Origin: Bacteroidales bacterium | GTDB lineage: Bacteria; Bacteroidota; Bacteroidia; Bacteroidales; WCHB1-69 | Assembly: GCA_031287215.1 (NCBI GenBank) | Contig: JAITTF010000222.1 | Coordinates: 1 to 46,517, forward strand | Direction of reading: 5' to 3' | Length of the DNA stretch: 46,517 nt | Part shown: one piece after another, positions 1-6,866 of the stretch | Layout of the letters: every line of letters starts with the position of its first letter | Numbering within the stretch: position 1 is the first letter of the stretch | Program-made: the position numbers and the translations under genes | The notes under the pieces: model-generated | Told to the model about the DNA's origin: nothing | Seen by the model: only the letters and a program-made list of their open reading frames with translations | The model's database searches: none

Positions 1-22
1 CTTTCAACTTTCAATTTTCACC
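1..22. repeat. Copy (possibly truncated by the window edge) of the TTTCAA-unit repeat, in the same orientation as 1288-1309
   Basis: ctttcaactttcaattttcacc at the window edge compared with attttcaattttcaactttcaac at 1288-1310. In both places the repeat is followed by taaa. Confidence 0.55.
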
Positions 23-764
23 TAAAGGAGCTGCCATACAAATCAATTCGCTCTCATTCAAGTACAACCCGCTCTCCCCCGAAGTGCTAAAGAACATCAC
101 GCTTGAGATTCCGGAGGGAAAAGTTACGGCGATTGTGGGGATGAGTGGCAGCGGGAAGACTACTTTGGTGAAGCTCTTGTTGGGGTTCTATCCGCCTACA
201 GAGGGGGAGATTCGGGTGGGGGAAACCAAGTTGCAGAACATCCAACCTCGCCTCTGGCGCGACCGGTGCGGGGCGGTGATGCAAGATGGGTTTATCTTCT
301 CGGATAGCATCGCCAAGAATATTGCGGTGGGAGTGGAATATATTGACACCACACAGCTATTGCATGCCACTAAGGTGGCCAATATCCAAGATCTGGTGGA
401 GGGGTTGCCGTTGGGCTACAACACCAAAATCGGACAGGAGGGCACCGGCATCAGTCAGGGGCAGCGACAGCGCATTTTGATTGCCCGCTCGGTCTATAAA
501 AATCCGGAGTACCTCTTCTTCGATGAGGCCACCAATGCCTTGGATGCCAACAATGAGAAGGTAATCATGGAGAACCTGCAACAGTTTTTTCAAGGCAAAA
601 CGGTGGTGGTGGTCGCACATCGGCTCAGTACCGTCAAGAATGCGGATCAGATCGTGGTGCTCAATCAAGGACGAATCACAGAAATAGGGAAGCACGAGGA
701 GTTGGTTAGGATGAAAGGGGAGTATTATGAGTTGGTGAGAAATCAGTTGGAGTTGGGGAATTGA
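1..764 (+). CDS. ABC exporter ATP-binding domain (C-terminal NBD of a peptide/bacteriocin-type ABC transporter; the 5' end runs off the window or the gene is split)
   Basis: Frame 3 is open from nt 3 (...IQINSLSFKYNPLSPEVLKNITLEIPEG...), so the track start at 84 is not the true start. Motifs: Walker A GMSGSGKTT, signature-like GISQGQRQR, Walker B LFFDEATNALD, H-loop VVAHRLST. Stop TGA at 762-764. A HlyD-type partner gene follows. Confidence 0.9.
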   Translation, partial: FNFQFSPKGAAIQINSLSFKYNPLSPEVLKNITLEIPEGKVTAIVGMSGSGKTTLVKLLLGFYPPTEGEIRVGETKLQNIQPRLWRDRCGAVMQDGFIFSDSIAKNIAVGVEYIDTTQLLHATKVANIQDLVEGLPLGYNTKIGQEGTGISQGQRQRILIARSVYKNPEYLFFDEATNALDANNEKVIMENLQQFFQGKTVVVVAHRLSTVKNADQIVVLNQGRITEIGKHEELVRMKGEYYELVRNQLELGN

Positions 765-767
765 AAA

Positions 768-789
768 TTGAAGGTTGAAAATTGAAAAT
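768..789. repeat. Left arm of the 22-nt inverted repeat bounding the four-helix-bundle cassette
   Basis: ttgaaggttgaaaattgaaaat is the reverse complement of 1288-1309 at 21 of 22 positions. The exception is G opposite T, which is a G-U pair in RNA. The arm starts 3 nt after the ABC stop codon. Confidence 0.9.
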
Positions 790-823
790 GGGGGAAATAA
801 AAATAAAAAATGATTAAAAATAA

Positions 824-1213
824 TTATTTGGAGAGATTTAGTTTTGTGGTTTTTACGATAGAAGCAAGGATTTTGATTAATTCGGTGCAATTTTTTGCTA
901 ATGATAAAAATATATTCTCCGGTATAAAATGGCTGTCTTTTAGTAACATCAACCAATATTTTGTTTCATTTGCTTCTTTGAGAGCAACGTTTATTTTGTT
1001 GAGAAAATCTGCTTTAGATTGTGCATGTTCTGCCTCTGAGATTAAAGCCCCAACAGCAGTACCACTCCTCAGAATTTGTTTTGAGAGCACAAATTCTTTC
1101 TGCTCTGTTTTCAAAAACTTGTACAAACCAATAATGCTTAACGCAAAAGAATATGATTTTGAAACAATTAAACTATTCATACTAAATGGGTTAAATATAA
1201 TTGAAAATTTCAA
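824..1213 (-). CDS. Four-helix-bundle protein (23S rRNA intervening-sequence protein / Avd-like family)
   Basis: 129-aa ORF with the family pattern ...SKQILRSGTAVGALISEAEHAQSKADFLNKINVALKEANETKYWLMLLKDSHFI...KILASIVKT. The size is typical for the family. The start could instead be the internal Met at 1180. It lies antisense to the flanking ABC/HlyD genes. Confidence 0.7.
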   Translation of the reverse strand: MKFSIIFNPFSMNSLIVSKSYSFALSIIGLYKFLKTEQKEFVLSKQILRSGTAVGALISEAEHAQSKADFLNKINVALKEANETKYWLMLLKDSHFIPENIFLSLAKNCTELIKILASIVKTTKLNLSK

Positions 1214-1287
1214 GTTGAAAGTTAAAAAAACACCATTTTCAACTCAAAACAATAGCATAAAAATACAAAAAATATTCAATCAAAACA

Positions 1288-1309
1288 ATTTTCAATTTTC
1301 AACTTTCAA
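1288..1309. repeat. Right arm of the 22-nt inverted repeat bounding the four-helix-bundle cassette
   Basis: attttcaattttcaactttcaa. The arm ends 4 nt before the HlyD ATG at 1314. Confidence 0.9.
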
Positions 1310-1313
1310 CTAA

Positions 1314-2645
1314 ATGAACGATAACATAGAACTCCGCAGCGAAGAAGTCCAAGAGATCCTCGGTAAGCCACCCGGCTGGATGGTAAGATGGGGTATTACC
1401 TTGATTTTTATCATTGTAGCAGGGTTGTTTATAGGCAGTTATTTCTTTAAATATCCCGATATTCTCAATGCTACGATTACCGTTACTACAGAGAATTTGC
1501 CGGCAGGTGTTACCGCTAAAACATCGGGGAAGATTGACACCCTGTTTGTTACTGAAAAGCAGACCGTCAAAGCGGGCGAGATGCTTGCCTACATCGACAA
1601 TCCTGCCAATCTTGCAGATGTGCTCGCTCTAAAAGGAGCAATGGAGAAAGCAGAAAAGCAGAAGGTAAAAGGCAAAATGGACATCGGCACTGATTCTGCT
1701 CTTCTGCATTGCTGCTCTTCTGCTTTTCTGCCTTCAGTTTCTCTCGGAGAACTGCAATCCGCCTACCTCCCCTACGTTAAAGCCTGCGAAGATTGGGACT
1801 ACTTCGTCCAAGCAGATTATCACCACAAGAAAATACAAATTGTTGAAAAACAGATTGCTACTCAGAAAGCTATTTTATCGAAATCGCAACGACAGTTGGA
1901 GCTGAGCCGCAAGCAAATTACCATTGCCGAACATCTGTTCAGAATAGACTCTACGTTGTATGCGGGGAAGTATCTGTCGTTGGCAGACTATGAAACCGCT
2001 AAAAACAACTATTTCCAACAACTGCAAACGTTGGAGAGTACCAAAATAAGCCTCGACAACCAGAAAATGAGCATCCTGCAATCGGAACAATCGGTTTTTG
2101 ACCTGCAACAACAGTGCGTAGAACAAGAAAATAGCCTTAAAATTGCGCTTACCGCTGCTCAAGACCAACTCTTAGCGCAACTCAAAATATGGGAACAGAC
2201 CTATCTGCTCGTAGCCCCTACGAATGGAGTAGTAACTTTTACCAAATTTTGGCAACAAAACCAGAACATCAATGCCGGAGAGGTCTTAGTAACGGTAGTT
2301 CCTCAAGCAAAAACAAAGATTATGGGCAAGATCCTCCTCCCACCACAAGGAGCCGGAAAAGTAAAAGAAGGTCAGACCGTGAATGTCAAATTGGACAACT
2401 TCCCCTACATGGAATACGGCATGATAAGGGTTGCCATTTCCAAAATATCGTTAGTCCCTATTGAGGTAGGTGAGGGCAAAAAGATGTACTTGTTGGAGGT
2501 GCTTTTCCCCGAACAATTAATTACCAATTACGGCAAACAACTCACCTTTAGCCAAGAGATGACCGGCACGGCAGAGATCATCACCGAAGACCTGCGCTTG
2601 ATCGATAAGTTTATCAACCCTATTAAAGCGGTGTTTAAAAAATAA
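1314..2645 (+). CDS. HlyD-family secretion adaptor (membrane fusion protein of the peptide exporter)
   Basis: N-terminal ...SEEVQEILGKPPGWMVRWGITLIFIIVAGLF (single TM), a long coiled-coil middle region and a beta-rich C-terminus. It sits immediately downstream of the ABC NBD. Confidence 0.85.
   Translation: MNDNIELRSEEVQEILGKPPGWMVRWGITLIFIIVAGLFIGSYFFKYPDILNATITVTTENLPAGVTAKTSGKIDTLFVTEKQTVKAGEMLAYIDNPANLADVLALKGAMEKAEKQKVKGKMDIGTDSALLHCCSSAFLPSVSLGELQSAYLPYVKACEDWDYFVQADYHHKKIQIVEKQIATQKAILSKSQRQLELSRKQITIAEHLFRIDSTLYAGKYLSLADYETAKNNYFQQLQTLESTKISLDNQKMSILQSEQSVFDLQQQCVEQENSLKIALTAAQDQLLAQLKIWEQTYLLVAPTNGVVTFTKFWQQNQNINAGEVLVTVVPQAKTKIMGKILLPPQGAGKVKEGQTVNVKLDNFPYMEYGMIRVAISKISLVPIEVGEGKKMYLLEVLFPEQLITNYGKQLTFSQEMTGTAEIITEDLRLIDKFINPIKAVFKK
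1650..1731. repeat. 15-bp perfect inverted repeat inside the HlyD coding sequence
   Basis: gcagaaaagcagaag (1650-1664) and cttctgcttttctgc (1717-1731), separated by a 52-nt spacer. There is also a direct 11-mer tgctcttctgc at 1697-1707 and 1713-1723. Confidence 0.8.
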
Positions 2646-2684
2646 GCGGAAGGCTGCATTGGAGAACGGAACACGGATGGACGG

Positions 2685-2911
2685 AGAAATGGGAAGGGCA
2701 AACGCATATAACGCAAAAAATATCAATACCTACATTGAATTTTATCGTTTTACATACTGATAGTAAAATGTATTAACAATTTAGAATAATAAAACAAAAG
2801 TCTGTTTTGTTAAATAAATAAAAATACATTTTGTATTTTATGAATCAGCAAAAAATGGTTGTTTGTAAAAAAAAGTTAATTTTATATGCGTTTGCCCTGT
2901 ACCCCATTTCT
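2685..2911. repeat. GC-rich imperfect inverted repeat enclosing a 172-nt extremely AT-rich spacer
   Basis: gggcaaacgcatata (2696-2710) pairs with tatatgcgtttgccc (2883-2897) as a perfect 15-mer. The pairing is extended by agaaatggg (2685-2693) with cccatttct (2903-2911) across a small internal loop. Confidence 0.75.
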
Positions 2912-2930
2912 TTCTTTCCCGAAACTTTTG

Positions 2931-2938
2931 TATCTTTG
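2931..2938 (+). promoter_or_regulatory. Bacteroidota -7 promoter box TATCTTTG (lon)
   Basis: Matches TAnnTTTG, 33 nt upstream of the ATG at 2971. Confidence 0.5.
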
Positions 2939-2970
2939 CAAGTTAAATGTTTTGTAACTATTTTATTGAA

Positions 2971-5385
2971 ATGAAAGATAAATTTTTAATTAACGACCTC
3001 ATTAACAATGATTCAAACTTTATTCCGCTTTTTTCGGTTGAAGATGAAGCGCTGATAAAAGATAACGAAATACCTCCTATTATCCCGATTCTTCCACTTC
3101 GTAATACGGTTTTGTTTCCGGGGGTAGTCATTCCTGTTTCTGTAGGCAGAAATAAATCTATACGATTAGCACAAGATTATGCCCGCAGTGATGAGCCAAT
3201 TGGCGTTATTGCACAGAGAGATAATGATATAGAAGAGCCTGAAGTAGAAGATATGTATCCGGTAGGCACTTTAGCACATATTATTAAAGCGGTAAATATG
3301 CCTGACGGTAGTTTTACTCTGATTATTCAAGGTCTTAAAAGGTTTCAAATTACGGAACTGATTGAAAAAGAACCCTATTATAAAGCAAAAATCACAGAGT
3401 ATCAGACTAATGAGTTTGAAAGTAAGATTACAGGAAGCGAAAAATTCTTGGCTTTGCTCGAAACCATCAAAGATACTGCTACTACAATGGTTAAGATGTC
3501 GCCAAATATGCCTAATGAGGTGCTTTTTGCTCTCAAAAACATTGAAGCTCCTATTTTTCTGCTTAATTATATCGCATCACAACTCAACATCTCAGTACAA
3601 GAAAAGCAAAATATCTTAGAAATTCAAGATGTAGAAGAGCGTGCTAAAACGATTCTTAAAGCGTTGAATAAAGATTTGCAAATGTTGGAATTGAAAAACC
3701 AAATTCAATTCAAATCCAAACAAGAAATGGATAAACAACAAAGGGAATATTATCTAAATGAGCAAATTAAGACTATCCAACAGGAGTTGGGTGGTTCACC
3801 GACAGAAAAAGCAGCTGCTGAACTGAGAGATAAAGCAGCACATAAAAAATGGAATGAAGAGACGTTGAAAGTTTTTGATACAGAATTGGCTAAACTCCAA
3901 CGTACTAACCCTATGGCTCCGGACTATTCGGTTCAACTCAATTATTTAGAACTCTTAGTAGATTTGCCGTGGAATGAGTATTCGGAAGACCATTTTGATT
4001 TGGTGGAAGCCCGAAGAGTGCTTGATAATGACCATTTTGGTTTAGATAAAGTCAAAGACAGAATTATTGAGTATATCGCCGTGCTCAAGTTGAGAGGAGA
4101 TATGAAATCGCCCATTTTATGTTTAGCAGGTCCTCCGGGAGTGGGAAAAACCTCCTTAGGGCACTCTATTGCAGATGCTATTGGTAGAAAATATATTCGT
4201 ATTTCGTTAGGTGGTTTACGTGATGAATCTGAAATCAGAGGGCACCGCAAAACCTACATAGGTGCAATGCCGGGGAGAATTATCCAAAATATGAGAAAAG
4301 CAGGTTATGCTAATCCCGTTTTTGTATTAGATGAAATAGATAAAATACTGGGAATGAACGTTCAAGGAGACCCATCAGCTGCTTTGCTCGAAGTATTAGA
4401 CCCTGAACAGAATAGTACCTTTTACGACAACTATTTAGAAACCGATTTTGACCTATCAAAAGTGCTATTTATCGCTACTGCCAACGACTTAAGTACGATA
4501 CATCCTGCCCTTAGAGACCGTATGGAAATCATAGATATTTCGGGTTATCTGGCAGAGGAAAAAGTACAAATCGCTGCGAAACATTTAGTCCCCAAACAAC
4601 TTCATGAACACGGAGTACAAGAAGACCAACTCTATTTTTCGGATGAGATTCTGTATGATATTATTGACAATTACACCCGTGAATCAGGCGTAAGAACTTT
4701 AGAAAAAACAATCGCAAAAATCATTAGGAAAAAAGCTGCCGATTATGTGCAAAATGGAACCATGAATAGAGAAATCACTAAAGAAGATTTGCAAACTACC
4801 TTAGGGTCTCCTGTTTTCCAAAAAGAAAAATCTATCGACAATACCGTTCCGGGAGTAGCTACAGGATTGGCTTGGACACCCGTAGGCGGAGAGATTCTCT
4901 TTGTAGAAGCTTTGACCAGTCAAGGGAAAGGTGGCATGACCCTAACCGGTAATTTGGGCGATGTGATGAAAGAGTCGGCAACCATTGCCTACGAATTTTT
5001 AAAAGCACATGCTCAAGATTACAAAATAGAGCCTGCACTCTTTGAAACTACGAAAGTTCATATTCATGTACCTGAAGGAGCCACTCCCAAAGATGGTCCT
5101 TCTGCCGGCATTACGATTCTGTCTGCGCTTATTTCTGCTTATAGTCAAAGACGTATAAGACCTAAAATTGCTATGACCGGAGAAATTACACTCAGAGGAA
5201 AATTACTTCCGGTAGGTGGTATTAAAGAGAAAATATTAGCCGCTAAACGTGCCGGCATCTACGACATTGCCCTGTCCATTGAAAATAAAAAAGATATCGA
5301 AGATATAAAAGAACATTTTATTGACGGCATTCAATTTCATTACTTTGAAACAATGCAAGAGGCTGTAGGGTATATTGTTTTGTGA
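2971..5385 (+). CDS. lon: ATP-dependent Lon protease
   Basis: Contains the LON substrate-binding N-domain, Walker A GPPGVGKTS, Walker B FVLDEIDK and the protease motif DGPSAGIT (catalytic Ser). The start is placed at MKDKF (2971) because the track ATG at 2947 lies only 9 nt after the -7 box. Confidence 0.95.
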   Translation: MKDKFLINDLINNDSNFIPLFSVEDEALIKDNEIPPIIPILPLRNTVLFPGVVIPVSVGRNKSIRLAQDYARSDEPIGVIAQRDNDIEEPEVEDMYPVGTLAHIIKAVNMPDGSFTLIIQGLKRFQITELIEKEPYYKAKITEYQTNEFESKITGSEKFLALLETIKDTATTMVKMSPNMPNEVLFALKNIEAPIFLLNYIASQLNISVQEKQNILEIQDVEERAKTILKALNKDLQMLELKNQIQFKSKQEMDKQQREYYLNEQIKTIQQELGGSPTEKAAAELRDKAAHKKWNEETLKVFDTELAKLQRTNPMAPDYSVQLNYLELLVDLPWNEYSEDHFDLVEARRVLDNDHFGLDKVKDRIIEYIAVLKLRGDMKSPILCLAGPPGVGKTSLGHSIADAIGRKYIRISLGGLRDESEIRGHRKTYIGAMPGRIIQNMRKAGYANPVFVLDEIDKILGMNVQGDPSAALLEVLDPEQNSTFYDNYLETDFDLSKVLFIATANDLSTIHPALRDRMEIIDISGYLAEEKVQIAAKHLVPKQLHEHGVQEDQLYFSDEILYDIIDNYTRESGVRTLEKTIAKIIRKKAADYVQNGTMNREITKEDLQTTLGSPVFQKEKSIDNTVPGVATGLAWTPVGGEILFVEALTSQGKGGMTLTGNLGDVMKESATIAYEFLKAHAQDYKIEPALFETTKVHIHVPEGATPKDGPSAGITILSALISAYSQRRIRPKIAMTGEITLRGKLLPVGGIKEKILAAKRAGIYDIALSIENKKDIEDIKEHFIDGIQFHYFETMQEAVGYIVL

Positions 5386-5417
5386 AATTTTTAAACAGAT
5401 AAATTAAAATTACTATT

Positions 5418-5885
5418 GTGCATTTTTACCTATTACCCAAGGAATATAAAGAGTGTAGACTTCCTGATAGTTTTCACATAGAGGTAGTTAAAAATCCAAT
5501 ACATCATTTACGTGCGTTGAAATGGGTGTTTTTTTCAGTTTTTAACTTAAAGGAATACAGAATTTTATATAAAAACCAAATAGTTGCTGTCGCAAGAGTT
5601 GTCCCTAAAATTTGGAATTTCACTTTTATGCCTAAAAATAGTTATACTATTATTGCTTGTTCAACGCAATTACAATATCGAGGAAGAGGACTATATGCTT
5701 CTTTATTACAATATATTGTTAGTGAAAACAGAAATAATAATACTCCCTTTTATATTTTTGCCTCTTCCGACAATCATGCTTCTATCAAAGGAATTGAAAA
5801 GGCAGGTGGTTGTTTGATAGGATATGGCAAAAGAACTCGATTTGGATTTTACAAAATCACTCAACAAATAAAGAACGAACTTTAA
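5418..5885 (+). CDS. GNAT-fold N-acetyltransferase-like protein
   Basis: Acetyl-CoA-binding-like motif QLQYRGRGLYASLL followed by ...ASIKGIEKAGG. GTG start; the start position is uncertain. Confidence 0.45.
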   Translation: MHFYLLPKEYKECRLPDSFHIEVVKNPIHHLRALKWVFFSVFNLKEYRILYKNQIVAVARVVPKIWNFTFMPKNSYTIIACSTQLQYRGRGLYASLLQYIVSENRNNNTPFYIFASSDNHASIKGIEKAGGCLIGYGKRTRFGFYKITQQIKNEL

Positions 5886-5900
5886 TATTAAATAAAACAA

Positions 5901-6728
5901 TTGAAGCAATTAACGATCAATGGCATAACTTATAAACTCTATAAAGGAGGGTGGATCAATAATGCTACTCCTCATTTAGAGCAAATACTCTCTAAACAAG
6001 AGAGTAAACAGTTGTTGAAAGAGGGAGGGATATTTGTAAGAAATATTTTTGATTTTGATCAAACTGAAAATAGACAGTTTTGGTTTATTGTAAAAGATCA
6101 TTTTGGTGGGATGGAGGAATTATCTTCTCGGACAAGAAATAAAATAAGAAGATCCATTTCTACCTTAAGAATAGAAAAAATAAGTAAGCAAACGATGCTT
6201 AACGAGGGTTATCAGGTCTATCTTGCTGCATTTGACAGGTATAAAAACGCTAAAGTTTTGTTGAATCAATCTCAATTCGAAGAGTTGATATACAATTGTA
6301 CAGAACAAACTGATTTTTGGGGCTGTTTTATTAAAGAAAATGGCATTTTAATTGCTACCTCAATAAATTATTTGGATACTAATTTTTGTGAATATGCTAC
6401 TGTAAAAGCAAATCCAATATATCTCAAATATTACTACCCTTTTTATGGGCTTTTTTATACAATGAATGAATATTATCTTTGCGAAAGAGGGTTAAAATAT
6501 GTATCTGATGGAGCCAGATCTATTACAGAACATTCTAATATTCAAGATTTTTTAATACATCAGTTTGGTTTTCGAAAGGCTTATTGTAATTTGCAACTTG
6601 TCTATAGCAAGTGGTTAATGATGATCGTTAAAATAGTATATCCATTCCGAAAAATTATTCCGTCTCAGAAGGTAAAGTGGCTACTAAAATTTGAAGAAAT
6701 TTGCAGAAATCAATCGCAAAATAACTAA
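5901..6728 (+). CDS. FemAB-like / GNAT-fold acyltransferase-like protein of glycan loci (tentative)
   Basis: SRTRNKIRRS segment and C-terminal ...LKYVSDGARSITEHSNIQDFLIHQFGFRKAYC resemble FemAB/GNAT-fold proteins found in capsule loci. TTG start. No search was run. Confidence 0.35.
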   Translation: MKQLTINGITYKLYKGGWINNATPHLEQILSKQESKQLLKEGGIFVRNIFDFDQTENRQFWFIVKDHFGGMEELSSRTRNKIRRSISTLRIEKISKQTMLNEGYQVYLAAFDRYKNAKVLLNQSQFEELIYNCTEQTDFWGCFIKENGILIATSINYLDTNFCEYATVKANPIYLKYYYPFYGLFYTMNEYYLCERGLKYVSDGARSITEHSNIQDFLIHQFGFRKAYCNLQLVYSKWLMMIVKIVYPFRKIIPSQKVKWLLKFEEICRNQSQNN

Positions 6729-6756
6729 TACAGTGCAATTGTACCGGAATTATTGC

Positions 6757-6764
6757 TATTTTTG
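6757..6764 (+). promoter_or_regulatory. -7 promoter box TATTTTTG
   Basis: Matches TAnnTTTG in the 138-nt gap upstream of 6867. Confidence 0.35.
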
Positions 6765-6866
6765 CAATCTATTTCTATAAGAATTAGAATTATATAGAAC
6801 CAATTTCTATTTTTTTATTTATGAAGAGAATAAGCCACAAAAAATCAATAGATTAATCATAACACT

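Noticed and set aside
357-956. 199-aa minus-strand ORF overlapping the ABC NBD
   Set aside because: It is antisense to a strongly supported NBD and has no motifs. This is typical of a shadow ORF in a GC-richer gene.
824-1213. Possibility that the four-helix-bundle gene marks a diversity-generating retroelement (Avd-like)
   Set aside because: The window contains no reverse transcriptase ORF. I found no template/variable repeat pair with A-specific mismatches near it.
810-1313. 167-aa + strand ORF spanning the cassette between the ABC and HlyD genes
   Set aside because: It is the antisense shadow of the four-helix-bundle ORF in AT-rich DNA. Its sequence is low-complexity (N/F/I/K-rich), it has no recognisable motif, and its end is encoded by the repeat arm.
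2840-2974. 44-aa + strand ORF (MNQQKMVVCKKKLILYAFALYPISFF...) upstream of lon, considered as a possible exported-peptide precursor
   Set aside because: It runs through the inverted-repeat arm and the lon -7 box and overlaps the lon start codon. It has no GG-type leader motif. It is most likely fortuitous.
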